A DNA stretch of 63,914 nt, counting the filler, from Fonticula-like sp. SCN 57-25 (lineage: Eukaryota), in NCBI GenBank assembly GCA_001724245.1. It is 9 parts of 9 records of this genome, joined end to end, with 100 filler letters (N's around TTAATTAATTAA, not from the genome) between each part and the next. Parts side by side here need not be neighbours in the genome. Positions count along the whole stretch, not along the records: positions 41,180 to 47,588 come from MEDX01000704.1; positions 47,689 to 53,982 come from MEDX01000705.1; positions 54,083 to 63,914 come from MEDX01000706.1; 6 more parts are not named here. One strand, written 5' to 3'. A program made the translations under genes and the position numbers. The notes below the pieces were generated by a model that saw nothing but the letters and a program-made list of their open reading frames with translations, was not told the DNA's origin and ran no database searches. This document shows positions 44,295 to 56,021 of the stretch, one piece after another. Position 1 is the stretch's first letter; each line of letters opens with the position of its first letter.

Positions 44295-45610
44295 ATGTCT
44301 GAGCAACAAGAAGAACAAAACACAGGGCAACAACAGCAAAACACAGGGCAACAACAGCAAAACACCGCTCAACAAGAAGAACAGCAACAGAACAACGGTG
44401 ATGACAGTATTCCGTTGGACGATGGAGATCCCAATTTCGAAGATGCAACAAGCGATGAGGAAGATGATGACACCAGCGAGAAGGATTGCCACGACAACAA
44501 CAATGGTAACAACAATTCACAAGCTACCAGTGCGAGTGGAGAGTGTGAGGAGGGTAGTACCGTGACTGAATTAGGATGCGCCCATTATCGCCGCAACTGC
44601 AAGTTGGAAGCCCCCTGCTGCAAGCAGTTCTTCAGCTGCCGCCTGTGCCACAACGAGCAGGGAGTCGCGGGGGAGATCAAGTGCCTGCAGGAGTTCGATC
44701 GCTACGCGGTGCAGCGAGTCGAGTGCCTCAAGTGCAAGCATGTGCAGAGTGTCGGGCGGAACACGTGTGATGCGTGTGGCATCCAGTTCGCGCGATACTT
44801 TTGCGCAATCTGCAATCTCTATGACGACAGGCTGCTGCACATCTACCATTGTGACAAGTGTGGGATGTGCAGACGCGGGAAGCGAGAGCACTATGTGCAC
44901 TGCGATACCTGTGCCTTCTGCGTCAATGTGGATGCCAAAGACCACAAGTGCATGGAGAAGACTCTCCACCAGAACTGTCCAGTGTGTCTAGAGTTCATGT
45001 TCACCTCCACAAAACCAGTAGTACCAATGAAGGTTTGTTGTTACAGTTTGTTGTGTGCATGTGTGGTTGAATTGTTGCAGTATTGATGTGTATGATAGTG
45101 TGATAGTGTTGATGTGTGCATGACAGTGTGATAGTGTTACAGGTATGATGGTTGTGATGCGGTGTAGATATGATGGTCATACTGTTGTGTGATGGTCATA
45201 CTGTTGTGTGATGGTAATAATGTGTGTCACATTATTGATTTTATGTGACCCATTGGTTGGTTACATTAATGTCGTGCGTGGTATGCAATTGTGTGACAGT
45301 TGATATATTTTACTATTCTTCTCTATTCGGTCGGACAAATGCTCAGTGTGGACACTGGATCCATTCCCACTGTTTGGGGCAAATGATTAAGAGCAAAATG
45401 TACACGTGTCCATTGTGCAGCAAGAGCATCGTTGATTTGGACAATAGGGCCATGGATGATGTGATCGCCCATTCACCCATGCCAGAGCAATTCGCGAACA
45501 CCACTGTGAAGGTGATGTGCAACGAGTGTCTCGTGAAAAGTGATGTCAAGTGGCATGTGTTTGGCATGAAATGTCCCTCATGTGGTTCCTATAATACGAA
45601 ACAAGTGTAA
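44295..45610 (+). CDS. RCHY1: CHY/CTCHY/RING zinc-finger E3 ligase (Pirh2-like), one intron ~45033-45346
   Basis: GCAHYRRNCKLEAPCC, CRLCH, YFCAICNLYDD, CPVCLE, CGHWIHSHC, CPLCSKS, CPSCGSYNT. Confidence 0.9.
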
Positions 45611-45649
45611 AAAATTATCTTGTTTGCAGCACACAACAGTATTCTCCAA

Positions 45650-46870
45650 TTACTCCTTTTTTGCCTTGAGGAGTGTACTGAACATGGATGGTTTTCTTTG
45701 TGGTTGTGCCAGTTGCTGTTGTTGTTGCTTGTAATGCTCAGCAATGCGCGAAGAACGCTCCATGAGTCTGTCAGCCTCCTCCTTGAGGAGTAGTGCCTTT
45801 GCAGGGTCTGTTGTTTGCAGCTCGACCTGTAATTTCTTGAGACACAGAGCCAGTTGCGTGCAGCATGAACCTAGAGTCTTGGTAAATGGTGATAAGTACT
45901 TGTCAAAATTGTGCAGTGCCTGGCGGTAGAAACTCTCTGCTTCCTTGAATCTATTTTTACCGAAATAGACTGTTGCCAAATTCAAGCAAGTGAGACCAAA
46001 CTCCTCTCTTGGGGCAGTACCTTGTTGTCTCTGCTTCTCCATGCTCTCTAATGCCTCTTCAAACGTTTTGAGTGCCTCAGCTTGTTTCCCCAAGCCCAAC
46101 ATGCATGTTCCAATGCTGTTCAATAGCATTATATAAAAGTAGCTGTAATGTCCTGGTTGATCTTTGCAAACCACTTCCTTTGCTTCAGTGTAGAACTTGA
46201 GTGCCAACTTGGTCTTCTGTTGGCGTTGGAAACACTGCGCTAGATTGCTCAATGTGACACTCAAGTCTCCTCGTAATGCAGTTTTTTCTGGGAACTTTTC
46301 GCACAATTTTCTCCTCATTGTTTCGCTCTTTCCAAACATTTTAATGGCATCCTGAAGGGTGTTTGGGTTGTCCATGAGAAACAGACCCATATTATTGTAT
46401 AATGTGGCTACCTCATGCGCAAACTCTTCCTTCTCTTCCCTAGCGAGCCAGATCTCTTCAGATTTCTTGAACAGCGGGAAAATATCCTTAAAATTGTACT
46501 TGTACGAGCCATTCTGTTGCACGCCATCACTCTGTTGCGCCTGTTGCATATACATGGTTCGTAGTGTTTCTGCAATATTGTTGTAAGCGACTGCAAGTAA
46601 CGGTGAATCCTTCTGGTATTGCCGTAACTCGTCTTCAAGCACCGAAATGGAAGACTCAAACAAGGTACGGCTCTGTGCAAAATTGCTCTCTTGAAACACT
46701 TCGAACGCTGTCTTGAGATCCTTGGCAGCATTCACAATATTTTGGTTCTTTGCAGCCTCTACCCCAATGAGTCGTTCTAGTTCAACACTGTACCATCGTT
46801 TGTGGAATACATGTTTTGGAAAACGTATTGTTGCTCTTGTGACAATGATCCTCAGGGTTTTGCGAAGCAT
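45650..46870 (-). CDS. TPR-repeat protein with probable mitochondrial presequence
   Basis: Repeated motifs such as LAVAYNNIA, LYNNMG, LSNLA, LNLATVY..A..FYRQAL; Arg-rich N-terminus. Confidence 0.8.
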   Translation of the reverse strand: MLRKTLRIIVTRATIRFPKHVFHKRWYSVELERLIGVEAAKNQNIVNAAKDLKTAFEVFQESNFAQSRTLFESSISVLEDELRQYQKDSPLLAVAYNNIAETLRTMYMQQAQQSDGVQQNGSYKYNFKDIFPLFKKSEEIWLAREEKEEFAHEVATLYNNMGLFLMDNPNTLQDAIKMFGKSETMRRKLCEKFPEKTALRGDLSVTLSNLAQCFQRQQKTKLALKFYTEAKEVVCKDQPGHYSYFYIMLLNSIGTCMLGLGKQAEALKTFEEALESMEKQRQQGTAPREEFGLTCLNLATVYFGKNRFKEAESFYRQALHNFDKYLSPFTKTLGSCCTQLALCLKKLQVELQTTDPAKALLLKEEADRLMERSSRIAEHYKQQQQQLAQPQRKPSMFSTLLKAKKE

Positions 46871-47012
46871 TTCCCAGTTGACAATGTTGTGATGTGGTTG
46901 AGTGGATCATTTGTTCCTCTGTCAATGAGAAGTAAAACGGATCAAGTAGAACTGACTGTATTACAAGTAGCAAGTAATAATGCAGAAAATCACTGTTTGT
47001 TGTCCCAGTTGC

Positions 47013-47588
47013 TCAGTTACTAGCAAACGTAAACATTACATCCGTAAACTGTGCCCGAATGATAGTTTTCCATAAGTTATCGTGGAGATGCGAACAGCGT
47101 ACACTTCTTCCCACTTCAAATGAGTATACATTTCCTGTACTGCCACCACCGTACAGTAATAGGTGTCCCATTGGTACATATAAGAGTACTGCATCATACA
47201 CTGTAGGACTTGTATCTTCGATTGTGAACTCATGCCACATGCAAGTGAGCAAGTTGAACTCCCAGAGATCGTTCTTGGTGCCACTCCCATCAATTCCTCC
47301 GTAGATGAACATACGATATTCATCAGCCATGACTGCCATATGGGAGTGTCTCTTGGAGGGTGCGTGTTCCCCATAACTCTCCACTGGGTTCCACTTCCTC
47401 GTTGCACTGTCGAACATGGAGATATCGTCGTACAGAACAGCTGCATTGTTCCCAGTACCACCATGCACGTAGAGCCGATTGCTTGTATGAGTGGATGCAA
47501 ACGAGGTCCGCTGGTTTACTTGTCCAGTATCGAACACGTGCTCAAAATGGCTCAGTTCAATATCAAAGAGCCACGTGTCATTAAGCCA
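47013..47588 (-). CDS. Kelch-repeat protein, C-terminal fragment
   Basis: LYVHGG, PSKRHSH..MFIYGG..NDLWEF, LLLYGG. Confidence 0.8.
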   Translation of the reverse strand, partial: WLNDTWLFDIELSHFEHVFDTGQVNQRTSFASTHTSNRLYVHGGTGNNAAVLYDDISMFDSATRKWNPVESYGEHAPSKRHSHMAVMADEYRMFIYGGIDGSGTKNDLWEFNLLTCMWHEFTIEDTSPTVYDAVLLYVPMGHLLLYGGGSTGNVYSFEVGRSVRCSHLHDNLWKTIIRAQFTDVMFTFASN

Positions 47589-47759
47589 NNNNNNNNNNNN
47601 NNNNNNNNNNNNNNNNNNNNNNNNNNNNNNNNTTAATTAATTAANNNNNNNNNNNNNNNNNNNNNNNNNNNNNNNNNNNNNNNNNNNNCAATTGCTACTT
47701 ATAATAATTGTTACTGACAATATTTACCACCTATAATATTTACCACCTCTTATTGTAGA

Positions 47760-48497
47760 ATTTGGATGTGTGGTATTTGAATGCATGGGTGGCACTATGG
47801 CAACTTATCTTTGGACTCATTTCGTTTCCGATTGTGTTCATCCCGCTACCTCAACCGGGTGTCTATGTGGAACCTTCGTCACTTGTGGACTATTTTGTCA
47901 ACGGTATGAAGTGCTTTGCAGGAATCAATTCGCAGCGTGGAGACCAATGTTCCTACTTTTACTTGATATTCATTGTCTTCATGTGCTTCAATGTGACCTA
48001 CAATATTTTGATACTTGTGGTGTTCCAACGCGGCAGTAGCACATTAGCTGTTGTTGCAAGTGCTGCTCGTCTCGTTCTCAGCAGCTTCGGTTTTTTGGTA
48101 CGTAAAAAAAAGAACATTGAGAAACTTTGTTCTTCGGACACACGAGTTACCTTATTGTTGGTAACTTTTATTGTTGGGACACACGAGTAACACTCTTGTT
48201 GCGCAATAGGTACCTTTCTTGGCTGGGGAAGCCCGCATCAACAATGTTTCCTGGAACGATTATGTTGCACTGAGTTTATTGGTACTGGGAATTGTGCTCT
48301 ACAGTATTCGCAAGGAGTGGCAGGCAGACAAGAGTGATCTATTAGTGCGTGCAGAGGATGCCATGTGCTCTCTCCTGGCACGTATTGGTTCCTGGAACAG
48401 GAGACCTCTTCCCTCCTACGATGATCCAACCAGCAACTTTGCAACTTTTGAAGCAGATGACGAACCACGAGTCTACCAACGGCGCAAGAAGTTGTGA
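47760..48497 (+). CDS. CRT-like (chloroquine resistance transporter family) transporter, C-terminal exons
   Basis: LDVWYLNAWVALWQ, GMKCFAGIN...C, FNVTYNIL..VFQRGSSTL; intron ~48098-48209. Confidence 0.75.
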
Positions 48498-48511
48498 TAC
48501 CTCCTTCAGTT

Positions 48512-49348
48512 TTAATCGTATTCGAGCAAATGTCTCGTCATCTCCGCAAACGAGGGTAGCACTGGTGATGGGGAGGAATGATGTGGGGCCACCTGTTCAT
48601 AATTGTGGCCCATTTGAACGGAAATGACGCTGGTATTGGTGGGGGGCTGGCTATTGTTAAGGAAAGAGAAGAGAGATGGAGGAACGGGAGGAGGAGGAAA
48701 GCATTGTGTAGTTATAATTTTCGGTCTCTTTCTTGGCGACCAAGAATCGGAATCAACAGTGATGTTTCTTGTTCTGTTGTGATCCATTTGGACGGTTGGT
48801 GTTACCGGTATCACGAGTTGTGTCTCTTCCTCTTGCTGCTTGCGACAGGTCTTGTCTTCCACGAGTGTCTTTTGCTCCTCAGAGAACACCAACCGATGCC
48901 ACGTTGATTTGGTCACGTTCTTCTGTTGGAAGGAGGTCTTTCTGCTATTGCAACAATCCGGACATGTAAAGCGGGACCCAACCTCTGGTTGTGCGCATCT
49001 TTTATGGCAATAATTGGAACCTTTTTTTTTCGGACCGAAAAACCGTTTGAACTCGAAGAAAAAGAGTGGAAACTTACATATTGAACACATTAGCCAACTT
49101 CCCTCGCCATCCAATTCAACAGGGTCCTTGTAGATCTCGTTACAAAACTTGCAAAAGCGTCCCTTTCGGTATCTGAGGCCACACGAGTTACACAGCGTGA
49201 TTCTACCCTCTGCTCCCTTCGCCCACCCCTTTCGCCTAATCGGATTAGTTTGTTTGAAGTGCGAAAAAGCGATCAGCCGCAACTAAACGATCACAAACCA
49301 CAATGGGGACGACGTTGCACCGCATTTTGGATTCTGACATTTCTTCAT
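48512..49348 (-). CDS. GATA zinc finger plus PHD-like protein (multi-exon; start approximate)
   Basis: CQNPKCGATSSPLW|RKGW...LCNSCGLRY; CKFC...WLMCSIC..CHKRC..CPDC. Confidence 0.75.
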
Positions 49349-50560
49349 GTTGGCTGGGTACGTGCTGGGCTTTCGGCGAAATCAGATCAACCCTTCGCCA
49401 ATGAAATCACTCACACCCAAATTAGCAAAGGAAATTGGAGCAAAAAGCGAGGAACGTTGTGTTGAGTATAGCAGGTAAATGTGCAACCCTAAGAATCGAG
49501 GAAACTCCGTTCTGAAATAGATCTGTTCACAATACGCATCAAACAACGAAAGTTGTCCATTTTGTTAAAATGCTCCCATGGAAATCCATGATCTGCACGA
49601 TCTGGAGGGAGGAATCCAAGAGGTTACAAACTCTTTACTACTAGTATTTCTCATACACAACGCTTGAAATCTACAGACGCACAAGAATGGAAACGCAAAA
49701 AAGAAAGCAACTCTGTTGGACTTTTTTTCGAGACACCCAAAAAAGGAAGACATATTTGGGAATTGCCTTCGAGAACATTTGCACTCCACATGCAGCACCA
49801 CTATGTGATGTTCTGTAGCGTTTGATATAGCGAAGGTCAAGTTTTTCTCCAGTTTCTTGTTTCTTTCTCGTCTCCTTCACTCCAATGAATAACATGCTAC
49901 AGTTTGGCCTTGCAGTTGTTTTTTTCAATTTTTCCAGAATGACCCATAGAATCTTGTCCAATTGGGTGCAATTCATTGGATAATTGCTTCAAAAAACTTA
50001 CCTGAGATGAGAGATTGTACCAGAGTCATGTTGATACCCAATCCTTGCATTGTGAGCAATTACTAATAATCAGAAGACGTTCACTGCAGTATGATAGTCA
50101 TACATTCTATGATTGAAATAACAACGCAAGATATCTCGATCGAATTACTATAACCTACAAGACCTTACACAGTGTTATAAAATGTAACAGATTCATATTG
50201 TACTGGTTCCTTCTCAATTCGTACCAACTTCTGCACCCAACAAAATTAAAAATTTGCCTTTGCGTCCATGGAATATCTAAAAGAATTTTAAAAATCAGAG
50301 GAGTAAACGATTTGAATTGTTGTTTCGAATTTCGATGGTTTAATTGGTGAATTGCCGGTTTACGTTGGAGCGTTGGCTGAGGATTATTTCGTAGCAGAGA
50401 CAATTTTGCGCAGCGCTTACGAGGATTGTTTGTTTCTCTTTGTGAAACTTCCACTGCGTTGAGTTTTGGTAAAAATCGAAAAGGAAATAGATTTATTTTT
50501 AACTTGTCTCAACCCGACAAGAGGGTAAATTTCCAACAGAACTCAACCGAGTGTGCAGTT

Positions 50561-51853
50561 TCAATCATATGAAACTAATTTGGAGATCTTACAGGGCAAA
50601 AGGAGCAGGTTATCTGCGTTGCACGCGCGGGATACAATGTTCACTGTGTGCTCTTGTTGAAAGACTCCAAATTGTTCCTTGAACCGGAGGGAGAAGGAGA
50701 TTGCTGTCTCAGTGTTCAAATCGGCCCAATTCACCTTGGCCTCCAAACCCAGCTTAGTTGTTTGCAATTTTACAACTTTTGACGAGTTTGCAAGCGTAAC
50801 AGTTGCCTCCTCCACGCAAGTTACACTTTCATTCTCACGGCCACTCTCAATAACTAGCTTTGCTGTATTATCACCATAGCATCTGTAGCCAATCACAAAT
50901 TCCTACAATCGTGGTAAACCAAAACGAATAAATGAGTTTACAATAACCAATCAACCACGGTAAAACAAAATTACAACATACCTGCTTGTATTCAAAAGCC
51001 CCAATTTCAATCTTGTAATGGTTCAACACCCGTTTCATCACCTCATCGCACGTAGCGTTGAACTTTAGTGAAGCATTGGCGTCATAGGGTGTCTCCTTCA
51101 AGTTCACGATTACCATGTGCTTTGCAAGTGGCGGAATATTGCAGAACGGAGACACTGTCATGCTACTACCGAACACCAGAGCGCAATCTGCAAGTTTTCC
51201 CTGTTCCACAGCTCTTGTAAGGGGTTCCTCCGGAGTAGCCTGTCCGAAACGCACCCCCGTGCGCACCAGCCTGCCCCCACATTTTTCGCACGCGCGTCCG
51301 AGCGACGGGGGCTGCGTTTTTCGCGAGAACTGCGCGTGACACTTGAGACACAGCTCGACATACGCGTTGCCGAAGAGTTCCGCGAGGCGATCCTGCGGTA
51401 CGCCGCTGAGACGGTGGATGTTATCGTGATTGGAGGTGACCACGAACTGGACCACCTTGTGCTCCAGCAAGCGCACGATTGCCATGTGCGAAAAGGAGGG
51501 CATCGTCCAATCGAGCGCTGCTTCATTCAAATTTGCCACACCAATTGTCGCAAGCCCTCTATCTCCGCGGAAGTCGGGGACACCCTGTGTTTATGTTTTT
51601 GTGTGGAAATGTGTGGAAATGTGTGCGTGTCATGAGGGAAGAATTAGAATATGCGCATGTCAGGGCGTGAGAATGTGAATGTGCACATGTCAGAGAATGT
51701 GAATGCAGGTGGGATAATCTTCAACACGATTTGTTCACGTACTGAGGCTGTCGATATTCCGGCACCTGTGCAGATAATTATGTACTTGGATTGTGCCAAG
51801 ATGGAGAGTAACGTTGAGATCTTTTGTTCGAAGAGGTCAGGAGAGTCGCTCAT
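50561..51853 (-). CDS. Sirtuin (class IV, SIRT6/7-like) with C-terminal extension (multi-exon)
   Basis: TGAGISTAS|GVPDFRG, TSNHDNIH, ELFGN, CxxC...CxxC, FGSSM, IVNLKETPYD. Confidence 0.85.
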
Positions 51854-52216
51854 GTTAATACGTTGCTTGTGAAACAATTGGAGTTCGTGACTTGTTTCAA
51901 GTCGCAACTGTGCTCAATCAGAACTTCACTCTATAAATACTCACCTAGCAATCAATTTGAGGCGGTCTCTGTCTTTGCAATAAATGGATGCCAGTGCGCT
52001 ACCAACAGGGGCATCACAAAATATACTCTTGTCATACCCTTTGGCAACAAACAATAACACTTGTTAATCTCTTTCTTGATATTGCCGTAGCTAACGCTGT
52101 TTGGTTTTACTTGGAGAAACCAAGAAGTGAATTTTTGTACAACTATGAAATATCTTCATAGATGCGCATCTTGCTTTTATTGGCACAACAGCTCACAATT
52201 TCTGACATCCATACGT

Positions 52217-53357
52217 TTATAGGTTAGAGCCGCCAAGATCTGAACCTCCAAGATCTGAACCACCAAGGTCTGAACCTCCAAGATCTGAACCGCCTAGGTC
52301 CGAACGACCAAGATCTGAATTACCAAGATCTGAACCACCTAGATCTGAACGACCAAGGTCCGAATTACCAAGATCTAGATTTGAATCGTGACTCTCCATC
52401 GAATCTACGTTACTATGCACATGGTTCGATTGACTATCAAGTATGTCAAGCTTGCTATCGTGTGAGTCGTGATTACAATCTGACATATCCAAATGGCTGG
52501 CTCCAAATGCGTGATGATGATGGTAATGAGTATTTGGAGTAACTAACAACAAGTTATTAGTTGTGTAGAGAAGGGAAGTATCATTGTATATTGGTGCAAG
52601 CATAATTGTATCATTGGAACTTGACTTGCTCGGCGATTTCTTCTTTTTCACGTCACTTTCCTTCACAACTCGCGAAAGGGTGCCTGTCTTACGCGTGAGA
52701 GAGTAAATAGAGGGAAGATTGTCAACTTGGGTTTGGTCAAACGACTGAATGGCACGCTGGTACGGATTCCTGACCAAGTGTGAGTCAACTTGATTGATCA
52801 ATGGTGATTGTGGCTGAGAGGGGGATCTTTGCCCAATTGTTGCATTCCAAGAATTGTCTACGCAAGTATTAAGAAAAGTGTTTGTACACAGCTCTGTATT
52901 TACATTGGCCAGTGGGTGGTGTATGTGGACTTTGTGCAAATGAGCCAACCTGTGGTGCAGTTGGACTTTGTACAGATGCACCAACTTGGCGCCCACCATA
53001 GACCAATGGTTGATGTTGTTGTGGTTGATTTGGATATTGTTGGTTTGGGTATTGTTGGTTTGGGTTTGAGTATTGTGGGTTTTGGTATTGTTGATTTGGG
53101 TTTTGGTTTGGGTTTTGGTTTGGAGGGTAATATCCATGCATACGTGCTATTTCCACTCTTGCTTCAACAATGAGCGCAGTGCCATATTCGCATACAATAT
53201 GTGTTCGCAGCTCACTGTTTGAAATGTTAACGTATTCCCCCTTTCTGCAGCGAAGGTGATAGGACAATTGCTCTTTACTCTGCATTTTAGACTTCACAAA
53301 TTCATCTACATCATAAAAAGTGGCGGAATCTGCACCAAAAAGTAGTGTGAGAAACAT
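52217..53357 (-). CDS. Low-complexity protein with a Q/N/P-rich region and C-terminal SDLG(G/N/R) pentapeptide repeats
   Basis: A GT-AG intron at ~52859-52904 joins the two overlapping ORFs in frame. Confidence 0.55.
52233..52382 (+). repeat. 15-bp tandem repeat, about 10 copies (CCAAGATCTGAACCN)
   Basis: Directly visible; variation falls at codon third positions and at one codon per unit. Confidence 0.9.
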
Positions 53358-53780
53358 AGCGAAATAAACAACCCACTTGGAAAACTTTTTGAGAGTGCTT
53401 GGCCATCAGGCAATCGTATTGCTAAAATGGTCATTGAAAAAGTTGGCTCACTTTCCCTGTCGGTGACCGTTGAATACCACCGGTAAGTTGACTTGTCCCA
53501 GTTTCATTGTGTTTTGTTCGGTGGGGTCTTTTGGATTGACAATGAAGTTTCGATTTCCAAACAACGCCAAATATTTGTCCAAATTTCAAATAACTACTTC
53601 TCATTGACAGCGGAAACCTAAACCACGGAAACTTTCCAGTTGGTTGACCATTTTAATTACTGTTGCAGAAATACTTTTGTTGATCTGTGCAAAACAAGTG
53701 ATTACATTGCTCGCTGCATGGTGAAACTTTTGCATTTATTGACCAATTGGTAAAACACAGTTGCATGAACTGATCTTGTT

Positions 53781-53982
53781 TCACTTGTAAATAATCGATG
53801 ACAAAGCACATTCAGTGACTCCGCATTGATTGTGGCCGTAAGCTAGTCTAAAGTAACCAGACTCTCCCCATCTAAAAATTGTGTGACAATGGAAAGAAAC
53901 TCACTGGTTCAACATACCCAGAGCCCCAGCTGTTCTTGACAATCCACCAATAGAAACCTTTGAAGATCCACCAAGGCTTTTG
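53781..53982 (-). CDS. Papain-family (C1A) cysteine protease, C-terminal exons (not in the ORF track)
   Basis: YWWIVKNSWGSG|WGESGYFRLAYGHNQCGV across a short GT-AG intron. Confidence 0.85.
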
Positions 53983-54459
53983 NNNNNNNNNNNNNNNNNN
54001 NNNNNNNNNNNNNNNNNNNNNNNNNNTTAATTAATTAANNNNNNNNNNNNNNNNNNNNNNNNNNNNNNNNNNNNNNNNNNNNAGTGTTGCTCAGATTAAG
54101 TGTCGTGAGCTAAAGGGGGGAAGGGAAGTAGAAGAAGGGAAAAAGAGATAGTAGTAATATGTAGTATGTAGAAGAGAAGAATATGTGTTAGTAATGGGGT
54201 TGGATGAGAGGGTAAAAGACAATATTGGTGTAATAGATGTATTGATACGGTAATATTACCGTATCAATACCATCATTACAGTATCATTACCATGATACTG
54301 TATCACTCTTACCCATGTATACTACACACTATACTCATGTATACTACACTTTTACCATGTATACTGCACTTTTCCCATGTATAATATGCACTTTTCCCTT
54401 TCCCTTTTCTTTTCCCGCCCTTTTTCTCTTTCACTTTTCCCGCCTTTTCCCTCGACGTA

Positions 54460-55785
54460 CGTTGGTGAGCTGAAAGACAGGTCGTAGGACGCAGTCACCA
54501 AGGGGGTTGTTGGAGAGGTTGAGGGACACAAGGGTGTCGAGGCGCTTGAAGAAGAGAGGGATGCTCTGTGGCCACGTGGTGTTAGTTCAGGAATAGTGAT
54601 TCCGGAATGAGATTAGAATGAATGAAAAAACTCATGCCCAATTGCCACTACGTGATGACTCTTTTGCCCAATTGTAACTATGCCATGTCACACTTTTGCC
54701 CAATTGCAACTATGGTGTGTCACCATTTGACCCAATTTCAACTACGCTTTGGCAGTATTCTTCCCCTTTGACAAGTCCCTTTTGGCCATACTTTCTTCCT
54801 TTTTTTGACCTTTCCAGTGTCACTTTCCCTTGCTTTCCCTCACTTTCCCTTCATTCCCTCTCTATTCCACTCCCCAATACTCTTCTTTCACCCATCAACG
54901 TACGGTGAGTTTGTTGTTGGAAAGGTCGAGCACCTTGAGCTGCTTCATCTTGATGCACGCCTCGATCGGAACCTCCTCGATGCCATTGTCGCGCAGCACG
55001 AGCACCGTCAGGCGACGCGCGCGGCAGATCTCCAGAGGGAATTCCTTGAGGTCGTTGTGGGCAAGGTTGACTTGCTCAATGTCCCAGCGCGAGAAGAGGA
55101 TGTCGCTCACATCGACGAGGCGATTGTGGCGGGCCTTGAGGACTTGAAGGGAGGCGAGATCTTGAAGCTCGGATGTCAGGCGGTCAAGCTGAGAAAGTGG
55201 TTAAAAATGAGTTCAAAGAAAGGAAAAAGTGAAAAGAGAAGATATACGAGTAAAAGTATCGAAATTGTGTACGGATGACACATGGAATGCATCACATCCC
55301 CGTGCCAAGCATGGCGGATGGCGCGAAAGGCGCGCATGGACATTAAAAAGGAAAAATAAAACCACAGAAACACCAAATATGACAGCCAAACATAAAGAAA
55401 AATAAGAAAAATAACAACACAATATGACACGAGAATCATTCCTTCACAAAGAACACGCAGCATGGAATGTTGCGACACGTTGTTGACCGCATGCTGCTGG
55501 CTCATATGCCGCGTCATTCCCCTTCATTCCGCGTCCCACATCCCCATAACCCTTCCCCTCCCTCACCTCTTCCCAAATTACCAATGACGCACCTGGTTGT
55601 GAGAAAGCGTGAGCTTCTTGAGCTTGGTCAAGCGAAACACCTCCTGCGGGACTTGGTCAATGTTGGTGCGGTCGAGGCGGATCCACTCGAGGTTTGTCAT
55701 GTCGCCCAGCTGGCTGAACGACACTCCCACCGAGAGGTCATGGTTCTCAAGGTCCAGGCCCTTGATGAACCGCGACAGCGCCATG
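54460..55785 (-). CDS. Flightless-I-like LRR protein, N-terminal exons (3' truncated)
   Basis: FIKGLDLENHD...MTNLEWIRLDRT...LTLSHNQ, VLKARHNRL, VLDLSNNKL, LNLSNNPL parallel the FLII LRR region. Confidence 0.65.
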
Positions 55786-56021
55786 GTACCGTCGCTCTTC
55801 TACCAAGGCAGCCGCCGATACGCGCGGGATTGCTGCTCGGTCGCCCTGAAGAAAAACGAGATTGGAATGTTTTGTGGCGCTATCAATGCAATATGAAGTA
55901 GAGTTTGCACTGTTTTCCTGCAAACTGCAAACTGAGTACAGTTGGATCCCGATCAATTGCGAACGGATCAAGATCGCGTCGGGGCCAGTGGCGGTGACCG
56001 GCGGACCTGTTCTGTGCGGGG

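Noticed and set aside
52233..52382. CRISPR-like array
   Set aside because: Contiguous 15-bp coding repeats with no unique spacers and no cas genes.
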